This document shows, piece after piece, positions 1-7,324 of a stretch of DNA of 11,825 bases. The notes below the pieces were generated by a model. It searched no databases and had not been told where the DNA came from. It saw only the letters and a program-made list of their open reading frames with translations. The stretch is from contig JBGSUI010000025.1 of NCBI GenBank assembly GCA_041736175.1, positions 1 to 11,825 of the forward strand. The letters run 5' to 3'. Each line of letters opens with the position of its first letter. Position 1 is the stretch's first letter. A program made the translations under genes and the position numbers. This DNA comes from Oligoflexales bacterium (GTDB taxonomy: Bacteria; Bdellovibrionota_B; Oligoflexia; Oligoflexales; CAIYRB01).

Positions 1-330
1 TCCAGGTGGGGACTCTTAGCAGCTGGAGTGAGCTAGCGACGGGAGCCTACCACACCGTAGCCCGCCGCACGGACGGCACCTTATGGACTTTTGGGTGGAA
101 CTCTTACGGCCAGCTGGGCCTTGTGTCCACGACTGACCGCATTAGCCCAGTCCAGGTGGGGACTCTTAGCAGTTGGAGTGAGCTGGCAGCGGGGTACTGC
201 CACACCATGGCCCGCCGCAATGACGGCACTTTATGGGCTTTTGGCAGAAACTCTTATGGCCAGCTGGGCCTAGGGGACTCGACTAGCCGCAGTAGCCCCG
301 TCCAGGTGGGAAGTCTTAGCTCCTGGGTCA
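1..330 (+). repeat. 150-bp intragenic tandem repeat (2 full units plus a partial third)
   Basis: Units start with TCCAGGTGGG at 1, 151 and 301. By manual alignment, units 1 and 2 differ at 27 of 150 positions (~82% identity). Confidence 0.95.
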
Positions 331-374
331 AGATCACTGGTGGGGGTAATTTTACAATCACCTTCCGTTCATGA
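1..374 (+). CDS. RCC1/BLIP-II repeat beta-propeller protein, C-terminal part (5' end outside window)
   Basis: Open frame from the window edge to TGA at 372-374. It has 50-aa repeats with RCC1 signatures G.YHT.A...DGTLW.FG.NSYGQLGLG....R.SPVQV and a closing half-blade WVKITGGGNFTI. Confidence 0.9.
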   Translation, partial: QVGTLSSWSELATGAYHTVARRTDGTLWTFGWNSYGQLGLVSTTDRISPVQVGTLSSWSELAAGYCHTMARRNDGTLWAFGRNSYGQLGLGDSTSRSSPVQVGSLSSWVKITGGGNFTITFRS

Positions 375-456
375 TGGAGCCCGGGGATACCTCCACTTGT
401 TGACGACCAAACAAAAATAGCAACATTAGGACGATTTGTTTTCTGCCATCCTAAAT

Positions 457-485
457 AGTGTCTGGCGCTTTTCCCGCCAGACACT
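457..485. terminator. Perfect 11-bp stem-loop between convergent genes; possible terminator or RNA structural element
   Basis: AGTGTCTGGCG-CTTTTCC-CGCCAGACACT. On the minus strand it is followed by ATTT, only a weak U-tract. Confidence 0.5.
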
Positions 486-545
486 CGGTATTGATGAATC
501 AGTCTCCTGACCGAAAATCCACGCTTAAAATTTGGAATTTTCCGT

Positions 546-619
546 GACCCCTCTGTTCTGGATTCCGTTCCAGTGAGCGCACGGGTTCCTGGGAATTGGA
601 ATCCAGAATGGGAAAGGTC
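546..619. repeat. Long imperfect inverted repeat (REP-like or terminator hairpin)
   Basis: TTCTGGATTCC (556-566) pairs perfectly with GGAATCCAGAA (598-608). The stem extends inward (TTCC/GGAA) and outward (TCTG/TGGG wobble, GACC/GGTC). Confidence 0.7.
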
Positions 620-641
620 GAGCATCCGATGAGATGTAGGT

Positions 642-1655
642 TTAAGCTTTTAAAGAGTCCCGAAATTTTTGAGTTTCAAGATACACTTTCTCAAAGCGAC
701 CGACGATCTCCTCCACCGACTCCACCCGCGAGATCCCGGCGACGCTTTTTCCGGCCTGAAAGTAATCCCGATAGGCACTGCCCATTTTATGGGACCTCTT
801 AAGCTGCCAAAGAGATCTCAAGGTATAAAACATCCGCGCCAAATGTTTGGTCTGCTTCGATTTAAGGAGAAGGTCAGCTAAAAATCCCGTCTCTGCACCG
901 CGTTTTTTCATAAACTCAGTGTTGATGACAGACACCGGAACCCCGGTGATCTTTTTAGTCATGATAATATCTGCGGCCTCAGCTTTTAGGATGGCTTGTT
1001 TATAGTCTTCATGGGCCGAACACTCTTTGGTCGCTATAAACCGCGTCCCCATGGAAACCCCCGCATACCCCAAGGCTAAAACCCGCTTAAAGTCCTGCTC
1101 GCTGCCGATCCCGCCCGCGCAGATCAGCGGCAGCCCCGTGTCTTTGAGGCTGTCACACAAATCCTCAGGGGTCCTATGTCCCGCGTGGCCTCCCGCCTGG
1201 TTATTAACGCAGATCAGACCATCCACACCTGCTTTAATGGCCTTTTGAGCAAACTTGGGATCAGTCACGTCATGGAAAACCTTGGCACCATAGGGTTTCG
1301 TCACCTTGACCACCCACTCGGGGTCGCCCAGGGCGGTGATAAAAAACCTCACTCCTAAGTCAAGGGCTTGTTGCAGCCACTCTTTGTTTTTTTCCAGATA
1401 AGCTGCTGACGAAGTCTCGATAAGGAGATTGAGACCAACCGGTCGGTTGCCACAATCGTTTTGGATTTTTTTGACTCCCTCTTTGAAGTCGTAGCCATAA
1501 ACATAGGTCAAGGAGACTGGCTGGATCACGCCCATGGCTCCTGCCTTAGAGACGGCAGCCACCAGCTCTGGATTGCTACAAGGATACATGGGGCCTGCGA
1601 TCATGGGGACTTTGATCCCAAGGGTTTCTGCTAAACTGATTTTAGTATGACTCAT
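642..1655 (-). CDS. Nitronate monooxygenase (2-nitropropane dioxygenase) / FabK-like FMN-dependent oxidoreductase
   Basis: Motifs LGIKVPMIAGPM..CSNPELVAAVSKAGAMG, AGGHAG, PLICAGGIG, GVSMGTRFIATKEC and terminal AGKSV..I. SD AAGGA lies 7 nt before the ATG. Confidence 0.9.
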   Translation of the reverse strand: MSHTKISLAETLGIKVPMIAGPMYPCSNPELVAAVSKAGAMGVIQPVSLTYVYGYDFKEGVKKIQNDCGNRPVGLNLLIETSSAAYLEKNKEWLQQALDLGVRFFITALGDPEWVVKVTKPYGAKVFHDVTDPKFAQKAIKAGVDGLICVNNQAGGHAGHRTPEDLCDSLKDTGLPLICAGGIGSEQDFKRVLALGYAGVSMGTRFIATKECSAHEDYKQAILKAEAADIIMTKKITGVPVSVINTEFMKKRGAETGFLADLLLKSKQTKHLARMFYTLRSLWQLKRSHKMGSAYRDYFQAGKSVAGISRVESVEEIVGRFEKVYLETQKFRDSLKA

Positions 1656-1726
1656 CGCCGTGATCCTTTATGGTTGTCAATGTGCTGTAGCATCTATTGT
1701 GATTTAGTTTACATCATTCGTCACCT

Positions 1727-3631
1727 TTAATAGCCCCGGGGGGCACCGTCCGAGCGAAGATCGGAAACACCGATCCAAACTCCGGCCTCCCTGCCGACCG
1801 CTTGCACATCTCCGAGGGGATCCTTGGTTTCCTTAAGGACATGGCCCTTAGCCCTCAGGTCATCGGCCACCTCTTTGGTAAAACCTCCAGCTTCATAAAC
1901 CAACACATCAGGAATCCACTGGTGGTGGATCCGGCTATGGTGGACAGCATCCTCTAGAGTCATTCTGAAGGCGAGGCGATTCACCAGGGTTTGCAGGGTC
2001 GCCGTGATGATTCTTGGTCCCCCTGGGGATCCGACCACCAAGTCTAGTTCACCTTGACGATCAAAGACAAAGGTCGGGGACATGGACGAGAGCATGGTCT
2101 TACCGGGAGCGATGCTGTTGGCCGCGCTGCCCACGAGTCCAAAAGCGTTGGGCACTCCAGGTTTACGGCTAAAGTCATCCATTTCGTTGTTTAGGATGAT
2201 GCCGGTTCCTTCGGCGACGATGGAAGCCCCAAAGGTGTAGTTGATGGTTTGGGTGGTGCTCACCCCGTTGCCTTCAGAGTCGACGATCGAAAGATGGGTC
2301 GTCGACGGAGACTCCGACCAAAGGGTCGGGCCATGGACGATATCCTTAGATGGCGTCGCTTTGTCGGCATCGATGGATGCAGTCAGTTTGCGGGCATAGC
2401 TTTTGGTGAGCAACTCCTTAACAGGAACTCTCACAAAATCCGGATCTCCAAGAAACTCGGCCCGGTCCGCAAAAGCCCGCTTCATAATCTCCGCCAAAAG
2501 GTGTCCGTAGGCCGCAGACCCTGGCTGGGGGAGACTCGCTTGGGCTCCTCCTGGCTCCGCGAGGAGACTCGCTTCCAGCATATTGAGGATCTGAATCACA
2601 TGCACCCCTCCCGACGAGGGCGGCGGCATCGATAGGATTTTAGACCCCATAAAAATCCCTTCCACGGGTTTGCGCTCGATCACCTGGTAGCGGCTCAGGT
2701 CCTGCTGGTCGATAAGCCCGCTGCCGTAGCTCATCTCCTTGACGATCCTCTGGGCGATCGGTCCCTGGTAAAAGGCTGAAGGCCCCTCTTTGGCGATTAG
2801 TTTCAGCGTAGAGGCCAAGTCTTTTTGGACCAGGAGATCCCCTTCGTGGAGAAGCTTGCCGTTAGGGAAAAAAATCTTCGCTGTGTTGGGAAATCTCCGG
2901 AGGATCACTTCCCGTTCCTTAAGGGCCTGGGCCAATCCCTGGTAGACGGGAAAGCCGTCTTCTGCGGCGCGGATGGCCGGCTCTAATAATTGGGCCCAGG
3001 GTAGTCGCCCATGCCGCCTGTGAACCTCAGCCAGTCCCGCGACCAGTCCTGGCACTCCCACAGCGAGAGGACCAGTGGTGGAGGGATCTGTGATTTTTTG
3101 GCCCCGGTAGGTGATGGGGAGGTCTTGGCCCTTAGCATCGACAAACATAGTGGCCGTCGCCCTGCGGGGTGCTCGTTCGCGAAAGTCGTAGGCGTGGTTG
3201 GCTTTGGTTTTGTGGTCGTGGTAGAGCAAAAATCCTCCACCGCCGATCCCCGTAGACTGGGGCCGCACCACGGAGATCACAAAGGAGGCCGCCACAGCAG
3301 CGTCGATCCCATGCCCCCCGCTCCTTAAGATCCGGTAGGCAGCATCGGTCGCCATCGGGTGGGCCGTCGCCGCCATGGATTTAAGGCCCTGGGCCACAAA
3401 ACTCGAACGGGTCCGGGCGGTGGGTTTCGGACCAAGGGGGATCGCCTGACCGGGAGTCCTATCCTTGCCGAGGTCTTGCTGCTCAGAGAGCGTTTTTTGG
3501 TCTCTAAAAAAAGTGCAGCCTGGTCCGGAAACCACAGGGACTAAGAGGCACAGGATCAGAAACCAGCCTTTGGCACGACCGAAGCGCACCCCTGTATCAC
3601 ACCGACGAACGGCTTTTAAAACGACAGCCAA
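1727..3631 (-). CDS. ggt: Gamma-glutamyltransferase (exported, possibly a lipoprotein)
   Basis: GG..IDAAVA, STGIGGGGF, DFRERAP, autocleavage/nucleophile site ESPS-TTHLSIVD, NNEMDDF, LSSMSPT, GSPGG. TTG start with AAGGAGG 6 nt upstream. The hydrophobic N-terminal segment ends in SGPGC. Confidence 0.95.
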   Translation of the reverse strand: MAVVLKAVRRCDTGVRFGRAKGWFLILCLLVPVVSGPGCTFFRDQKTLSEQQDLGKDRTPGQAIPLGPKPTARTRSSFVAQGLKSMAATAHPMATDAAYRILRSGGHGIDAAVAASFVISVVRPQSTGIGGGGFLLYHDHKTKANHAYDFRERAPRRATATMFVDAKGQDLPITYRGQKITDPSTTGPLAVGVPGLVAGLAEVHRRHGRLPWAQLLEPAIRAAEDGFPVYQGLAQALKEREVILRRFPNTAKIFFPNGKLLHEGDLLVQKDLASTLKLIAKEGPSAFYQGPIAQRIVKEMSYGSGLIDQQDLSRYQVIERKPVEGIFMGSKILSMPPPSSGGVHVIQILNMLEASLLAEPGGAQASLPQPGSAAYGHLLAEIMKRAFADRAEFLGDPDFVRVPVKELLTKSYARKLTASIDADKATPSKDIVHGPTLWSESPSTTHLSIVDSEGNGVSTTQTINYTFGASIVAEGTGIILNNEMDDFSRKPGVPNAFGLVGSAANSIAPGKTMLSSMSPTFVFDRQGELDLVVGSPGGPRIITATLQTLVNRLAFRMTLEDAVHHSRIHHQWIPDVLVYEAGGFTKEVADDLRAKGHVLKETKDPLGDVQAVGREAGVWIGVSDLRSDGAPRGY

Positions 3632-3662
3632 GCTCTACCTCCTTGTGTTTGCCCACCAAGAC

Positions 3663-4067
3663 CTAAATCGGTTTGGTCGGATTTTCTAGTTCACCCCAAC
3701 ATTGAAAATCTTTTTCGTTAGCCGTAACAATTTTTAATCCATGATAGACCGCAGTCGCGCCTATCAGCAGATCCTGGGGGTGCAAAGTCTGACCGTTCAT
3801 CAAAGCTTCAGCACGTTTTGAGGCTGCAATCGAAGCAATTTCGCGGTTAACATCTAAAACTTTGACGGGCGCCCCCTCGATAAAGCGTCCAAATAAGGCC
3901 AGGGATTTCAGCATCTTTCCGTGAATGAGACCGCTCTCAATCTCAAGGATCGCGACCACAGAGGTATATAGCTCCTTATGTTCTTTTAACCATTGCTGGC
4001 AGCGAAGAGCGTTGTCACCTCTATTAAAAATCTGAGCAAGAATACTGGAGTCAATAAGAAAGCGCAC
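3663..4067 (-). CDS. vapC: PIN-domain toxin (VapC family)
   Basis: PIN acidic motifs FLIDSS, ILEIESG, DLLIGATA, IVTANEKDF. Starts 3 nt after the stop of the upstream antitoxin. Confidence 0.9.
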   Translation of the reverse strand: MRFLIDSSILAQIFNRGDNALRCQQWLKEHKELYTSVVAILEIESGLIHGKMLKSLALFGRFIEGAPVKVLDVNREIASIAASKRAEALMNGQTLHPQDLLIGATAVYHGLKIVTANEKDFQCWGELENPTKPI

Positions 4068-4070
4068 GAT

Positions 4071-4385
4071 TTAAGCCTCACCTGAAAATTGGATCATGGG
4101 CTTTGTGGAAGGACGTGGTAGCAGTATGTCGACCCCACTGTCACGTCTTTCGCTATCAGCGCACTGCTGCATTTCTGTGAAAAGGCCATCCAGAAGCGCA
4201 CTGCGAGCTCGCAACTCTAACTCTCTGATTTGTTGAAGCATGGCCAAAGGTATGACTACGACTGCTTTTTCATCTCGGGTTTTTTTATCGACGATAATTT
4301 GGGGTTCATCAAACGCCTGGGCAATAAGCTCCGACAATTGGCTTCGAGCTTCACTGACCGACCATTCTCGTCTCTTTACGTCCAT
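4071..4385 (-). CDS. Phd/YefM (prevent-host-death) family antitoxin
   Basis: N-terminal WSVSEARSQLSELIAQAFDEPQII...AVVVI is typical of the Phd/YefM fold. The ATG at 4385 follows purine-rich AAGGGAAAG; the alternative ATG is at 4403. The ORF-track start at 4442 lies inside the predicted promoter. Confidence 0.85.
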   Translation of the reverse strand: MDVKRREWSVSEARSQLSELIAQAFDEPQIIVDKKTRDEKAVVVIPLAMLQQIRELELRARSALLDGLFTEMQQCADSERRDSGVDILLPRPSTKPMIQFSGEA

Positions 4386-4410
4386 AGACTTTCCCTTCGC
4401 CATCCTATAT

Positions 4411-4446
4411 TGGTACAAATGTACATTTACTTTAGTACACATGCAA
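4411..4446 (-). promoter_or_regulatory. Sigma70-type promoter of the phd-vapC operon with an overlapping TGTACA-core operator palindrome
   Basis: Minus strand reads TTGCAT (4446-4441)-N17-TACATT (4423-4418). The perfect palindrome AAATGTACATTT (4417-4428) covers the -10. Further GTACA copies occur at 4413 and 4435. Confidence 0.7.
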
Positions 4447-4601
4447 GAAAGACACTAAAAAGTCATATTTGCTAGTTTTCGTCCCTTAGCTCCTTGGTTT
4501 GGTCCTTAAGTAGCCGATATTTATATTTGATTTCTTACTTTTATCAGAAATACAAAACAGCTACTTGAATCAATTTTTAACTAAAATTCGGTGCCCATTT
4601 T

Positions 4602-4631
4602 TTAACCCAATATTGGGATATATAGTATACT
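4602..4631 (+). promoter_or_regulatory. Probable promoter/operator of the RHH-vapC operon
   Basis: -10-like TATACT (4626-4631) within palindrome AGTATACT. Perfect palindrome CCCAATATTGGG (4606-4617) lies just upstream. The -35 is weak (TTAACC). Confidence 0.5.
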
Positions 4632-4649
4632 TAGCAACAGGGGGTAGAC

Positions 4650-4874
4650 ATGAAGGTACTAATCGATCTATCTAGCGAATCGGTAAAGGCACTGGATGCG
4701 ATAGCCAAAAAGCGTAAATCGGCACGCGTGGACGTGATCCGTAATATCATTCAAAAAGCTCTTGATACGGAATCAGCGGTTAGTTTCGAAGAGGCATTTG
4801 GTAGTTGGAAAAAGACCCCTAAAGCCCTTGATGGCGTCGCCTTCCAGCGCCAAATGCGTGATGAGGATTGGTGA
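4650..4874 (+). CDS. Ribbon-helix-helix (CopG-like) antitoxin, VapB-type
   Basis: MKVLIDL beta-strand followed by two helices (ALDAIAKKRKSARVDVIRNII). C-terminus AFGSWK...DGVAFQRQMRDEDW is typical of PIN-linked RHH antitoxins. G-rich SD; its stop overlaps the toxin start. Confidence 0.85.
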   Translation: MKVLIDLSSESVKALDAIAKKRKSARVDVIRNIIQKALDTESAVSFEEAFGSWKKTPKALDGVAFQRQMRDEDW

Positions 4875-5227
4875 TGATTTTTGATACGTGTATCTTGATA
4901 GACTACTTACAAGGTATAAAAAAAGCGGCTATCGAGATCAAGGCCCATGAGACCCCCATGATTAGTGCGATCACTTACGCCGAAGTCTTGGTCGGCGCCG
5001 ATACTGCGGAGACTAAACGGACTGCACTCGCCCTCCTCGCACATTTCGAGGTCATTGTTCTCGATAAAGACGTGGCTGAGCGAGCAGCACAAATTCGACG
5101 GGAAATGAAGGTGAAGCTCCCGGATGCGATCATCTTTGCAACAGCGGTGGCTCTCGGCACTGTTGTGGTCACTCGCGACTCGCGATTCGGCAAAGGTCCG
5201 TATGTCCGTCAAGCCTATCGGGACTAG
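4871..5227 (+). CDS. vapC: PIN-domain toxin (VapC family)
   Basis: IFDTCILIDYL, TYAEVLVG, KLPDAIIFATA, VVTRD motifs. GTGATG overlap with the antitoxin stop gives a start at GTG 4871 or ATG 4874. Confidence 0.9.
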   Translation: MMIFDTCILIDYLQGIKKAAIEIKAHETPMISAITYAEVLVGADTAETKRTALALLAHFEVIVLDKDVAERAAQIRREMKVKLPDAIIFATAVALGTVVVTRDSRFGKGPYVRQAYRD

Positions 5228-5236
5228 AAGGGTTGG

Positions 5237-5314
5237 TCAGGCGGGACCCCCTTCAGCGATTTCCAAAAGCTCTTTAGCATAATCGGGATGAAATAGTCTT
5301 CCCTTTGGTGTCAT
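5237..5314 (-). pseudogene. Truncated probable HEPN-domain toxin (25-aa stub)
   Basis: The ATG immediately follows the MNT stop (TAG-ATG), with AAGGAAGG upstream. It reads MTPKGRLFHPDYAKELLEIAEG-GPA*, resembling the first HEPN helix (A.e.l..A.eDL), and is cut off where it meets the convergent vapC. Confidence 0.6.
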
Positions 5315-5677
5315 CTAATATCCTTCCTTAGATCTTTCGAAAAGCAATCTACCTTCAAGTGCAATGGATACACAAACCCCGCCAAATTTTTTACGACTTT
5401 TGTACCAACTTTCATCACACACAAAAAGATCAGTCGGCCAGGTGAGATGGGATATTTTGAGTAGGCGGAGCTGAGTTTTTAGGTCTCTAAGGTCTGCCTG
5501 TAAATCAACAATGATCGCAAGGTCAATGTCAGATGCTGCTGTCATTTCGTCCCTTGCCATAGAGCCAAATAAGAATATCTTTAATACTCCCGGAAGCTCC
5601 TTGGCTTTTTCTACAAAAGAGATCACTTGGGGCATAAGATCTGCTGCGGACACTTTTTCTAAACGGGCAAGAGCCAT
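5315..5677 (-). CDS. Minimal nucleotidyltransferase (MNT/MntA-like antitoxin)
   Basis: Pol-beta superfamily motif KIFLFGSMARDEMTAASDIDLAIIV, a later DLFV, and C-terminal IALEGRLLFE; 120 aa. Confidence 0.9.
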   Translation of the reverse strand: MALARLEKVSAADLMPQVISFVEKAKELPGVLKIFLFGSMARDEMTAASDIDLAIIVDLQADLRDLKTQLRLLKISHLTWPTDLFVCDESWYKSRKKFGGVCVSIALEGRLLFERSKEGY

Positions 5678-5819
5678 GAGTTTTCTAAAACCTCCTTCAG
5701 CTTATGATTTCTAACACAAGACTTCCCGTCCAAACATAAAGATTTCTTTTTCAGCGCTGGCAGCTACACCCGCCCTTGGCGTCGACCCGCCCAGCTCCAA
5801 TTAATGGGTGCAGTTTGCT

Positions 5820-5847
5820 TTGCATCCCCCTAGTCCTAGGTTATAGT
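5820..5847 (+). promoter_or_regulatory. Putative sigma70 promoter of the tol operon
   Basis: TTGCAT (5820-5825)-N16-TATAGT (5842-5847) upstream of tolQ. Confidence 0.45.
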
Positions 5848-5881
5848 CTGGGCTGAGCTTATTTTGATGAGGAAGATGGGC

Positions 5882-6811
5882 ATGGTTTTAGATTTGCAAA
5901 AGATGTCTCGGGCAGTGTCTTGGATCCTGTTGGCCACCCTTCTCGCGGTAGGGGTGATACTCCCCACCCCCAGCAACCCGACTGCTACCGCCGCCCCAGG
6001 GACAACCACAACAACTGGGACGCCAGACCCCCAAAGCCAAGGGACAAACAGTGGGGTTCCCGCTGTAGATTTTGCAGGTCCCGGGATTTTCACCCGTGCC
6101 CTCCAGGGCGGCATTGTGGTCTTTAGTTGCCTTTTAATTCTTATTTGGCTTTCTGTACTCTCCTGGGCGGTATCCCTTGCTAAGTTTTTCTACCTTGGTC
6201 GGCTCAAGGGAACCTCCGAGACCTTTATCAAGAGCTTTTGGGATTCGAGATCCCTCAACGATCTTAACGGCCGCCTGGGAGACTATGCCTACAGTCCACC
6301 GCGGGAGGTGTTTCGGATTGGTTATGGTGAGTTGGTGCGGGGGAGCCAGATCCGGGACCAAGCCCAGTCTTCGGAGCTTGCGGTCCACGCAGCCCTGGAA
6401 AATCTGGGGCGAGCTTTGCAAAAAGCCAAACTCCAAGAGAGACGTAAACTCGAACGCTACCTGTCCTTTCTTTCCATCACCGCATCGGTCAGCCCCTTTA
6501 TCGGACTTTTTGGAACGGTGTGGGGAATCATGGGAGCCTTTGAAGGGATCGCCCAATCCGGAAGTGCAAGTTTAGCGGCGGTGGCACCGGGGATCTCCGA
6601 GGCACTGATTGCGACGGCTTTTGGTTTGGCCGCAGCGATTCCAGCGGTGATTGGTTACAATATTTTTGTGGGCAAAATCCGCGGCCTCGTGGGCCAGATT
6701 GACGGCTTTTGTGCTGATTTTCTTAATATTGTGCAGCGATACCTGGTAACGGATCGACCGCGCAATAGCCCTGGATCTGGAAACCCAGTGACGGGCCAAA
6801 CCACCCTTTAG
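5882..6811 (+). CDS. tolQ: TolQ (MotA/TolQ/ExbB proton channel family)
   Basis: SPFIGLFGTVWGIM.AF and VAPGISEALIATAFGLAAAIPAVIGYN motifs; first gene of a tolQRAB run. Start uncertain (5864/5867/5876/5882); 5882 has GAGGA at suitable spacing. Confidence 0.92.
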   Translation: MVLDLQKMSRAVSWILLATLLAVGVILPTPSNPTATAAPGTTTTTGTPDPQSQGTNSGVPAVDFAGPGIFTRALQGGIVVFSCLLILIWLSVLSWAVSLAKFFYLGRLKGTSETFIKSFWDSRSLNDLNGRLGDYAYSPPREVFRIGYGELVRGSQIRDQAQSSELAVHAALENLGRALQKAKLQERRKLERYLSFLSITASVSPFIGLFGTVWGIMGAFEGIAQSGSASLAAVAPGISEALIATAFGLAAAIPAVIGYNIFVGKIRGLVGQIDGFCADFLNIVQRYLVTDRPRNSPGSGNPVTGQTTL

Positions 6812-6834
6812 TCCACAACCTTCAAGGATCACCT

Positions 6835-7287
6835 ATGGCTGGATTTAAGACGGGATCCCAGTCCCTGGACGAAGACTCCGCAGATATTGCAGAAATCAAC
6901 ATTATCCCCCTGGTGGATGTGATGTTGGTCTTGTTGATTATTTTTATGGTGACAGCCCCCTTGTCCATCGGGGGCATCCAGGTGGACCTCCCCTTAAGCA
7001 AGAGCAAGGGTGCCCAGATCGATGAGGACCGGATTGTCCTTTCGATCACGGCACAAGGTCTGTATTTTATCGAAAAGCTGCAGATTCCCGAGGCCACACT
7101 CGAAGAAAAATTTAAGTCCATCTATCAATTTCGCCAAAAAAAGGAGCTTTTTATCCGGGCAGACCAAAAAGTTTCCTACGGAAAAGTGGTCTTTGCCATG
7201 AGTTCTGCCAAGGTTGCCGGGGTCAGGAAGCTGGGTATGCTCACCAACACCCAAGCCCCGCCGGCCCCCGGAAAATCGTCCCCCTAA
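6835..7287 (+). CDS. tolR: TolR (ExbD/TolR family)
   Basis: AEINIIPLVDVMLVLLIIFMVTAP with the essential Asp, plus FIRADQKVSYGKVV..M....AGV. SD AAGGA. Confidence 0.95.
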   Translation: MAGFKTGSQSLDEDSADIAEINIIPLVDVMLVLLIIFMVTAPLSIGGIQVDLPLSKSKGAQIDEDRIVLSITAQGLYFIEKLQIPEATLEEKFKSIYQFRQKKELFIRADQKVSYGKVVFAMSSAKVAGVRKLGMLTNTQAPPAPGKSSP

Positions 7288-7324
7288 TCCAGACAAGGCC
7301 ACACCACCGGAAAGGACCCGCTCG

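Noticed and set aside
1..300. Diversity-generating retroelement TR/VR pair
   Set aside because: 18 of 27 mismatches involve an A, but the As are split between both copies. Both copies are in-frame blades of one gene, and there is no reverse transcriptase in the window.
254..625. 123-aa minus-strand ORF
   Set aside because: It overlaps the RCC1 gene antisense, runs through the hairpins, and has no recognisable motif.
375..641. CRISPR array, tRNA, SRP RNA or retron msr-msd
   Set aside because: The hairpins are unrelated in sequence (no repeat-spacer pattern). There is no cloverleaf or SRP core motif, and no RT or cas gene nearby.
4907..5212. Minus-strand ORFs as a frameshifted continuation of the HEPN stub
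   Set aside because: They are antisense to an intact vapC and show no recognisable HEPN features.
5768..5792. ACCCGCCC direct repeat (17-bp period) upstream of tolQ
   Set aside because: It is short and low-complexity, so it cannot be distinguished from chance.
3632..5800. Integron cassette array or att-bounded island for the TA cluster
   Set aside because: No attC-like RYYYAAC...GTTRRRY structures and no integrase were found, orientations are mixed, and the ends share only a trivial CAAGAC 6-mer.
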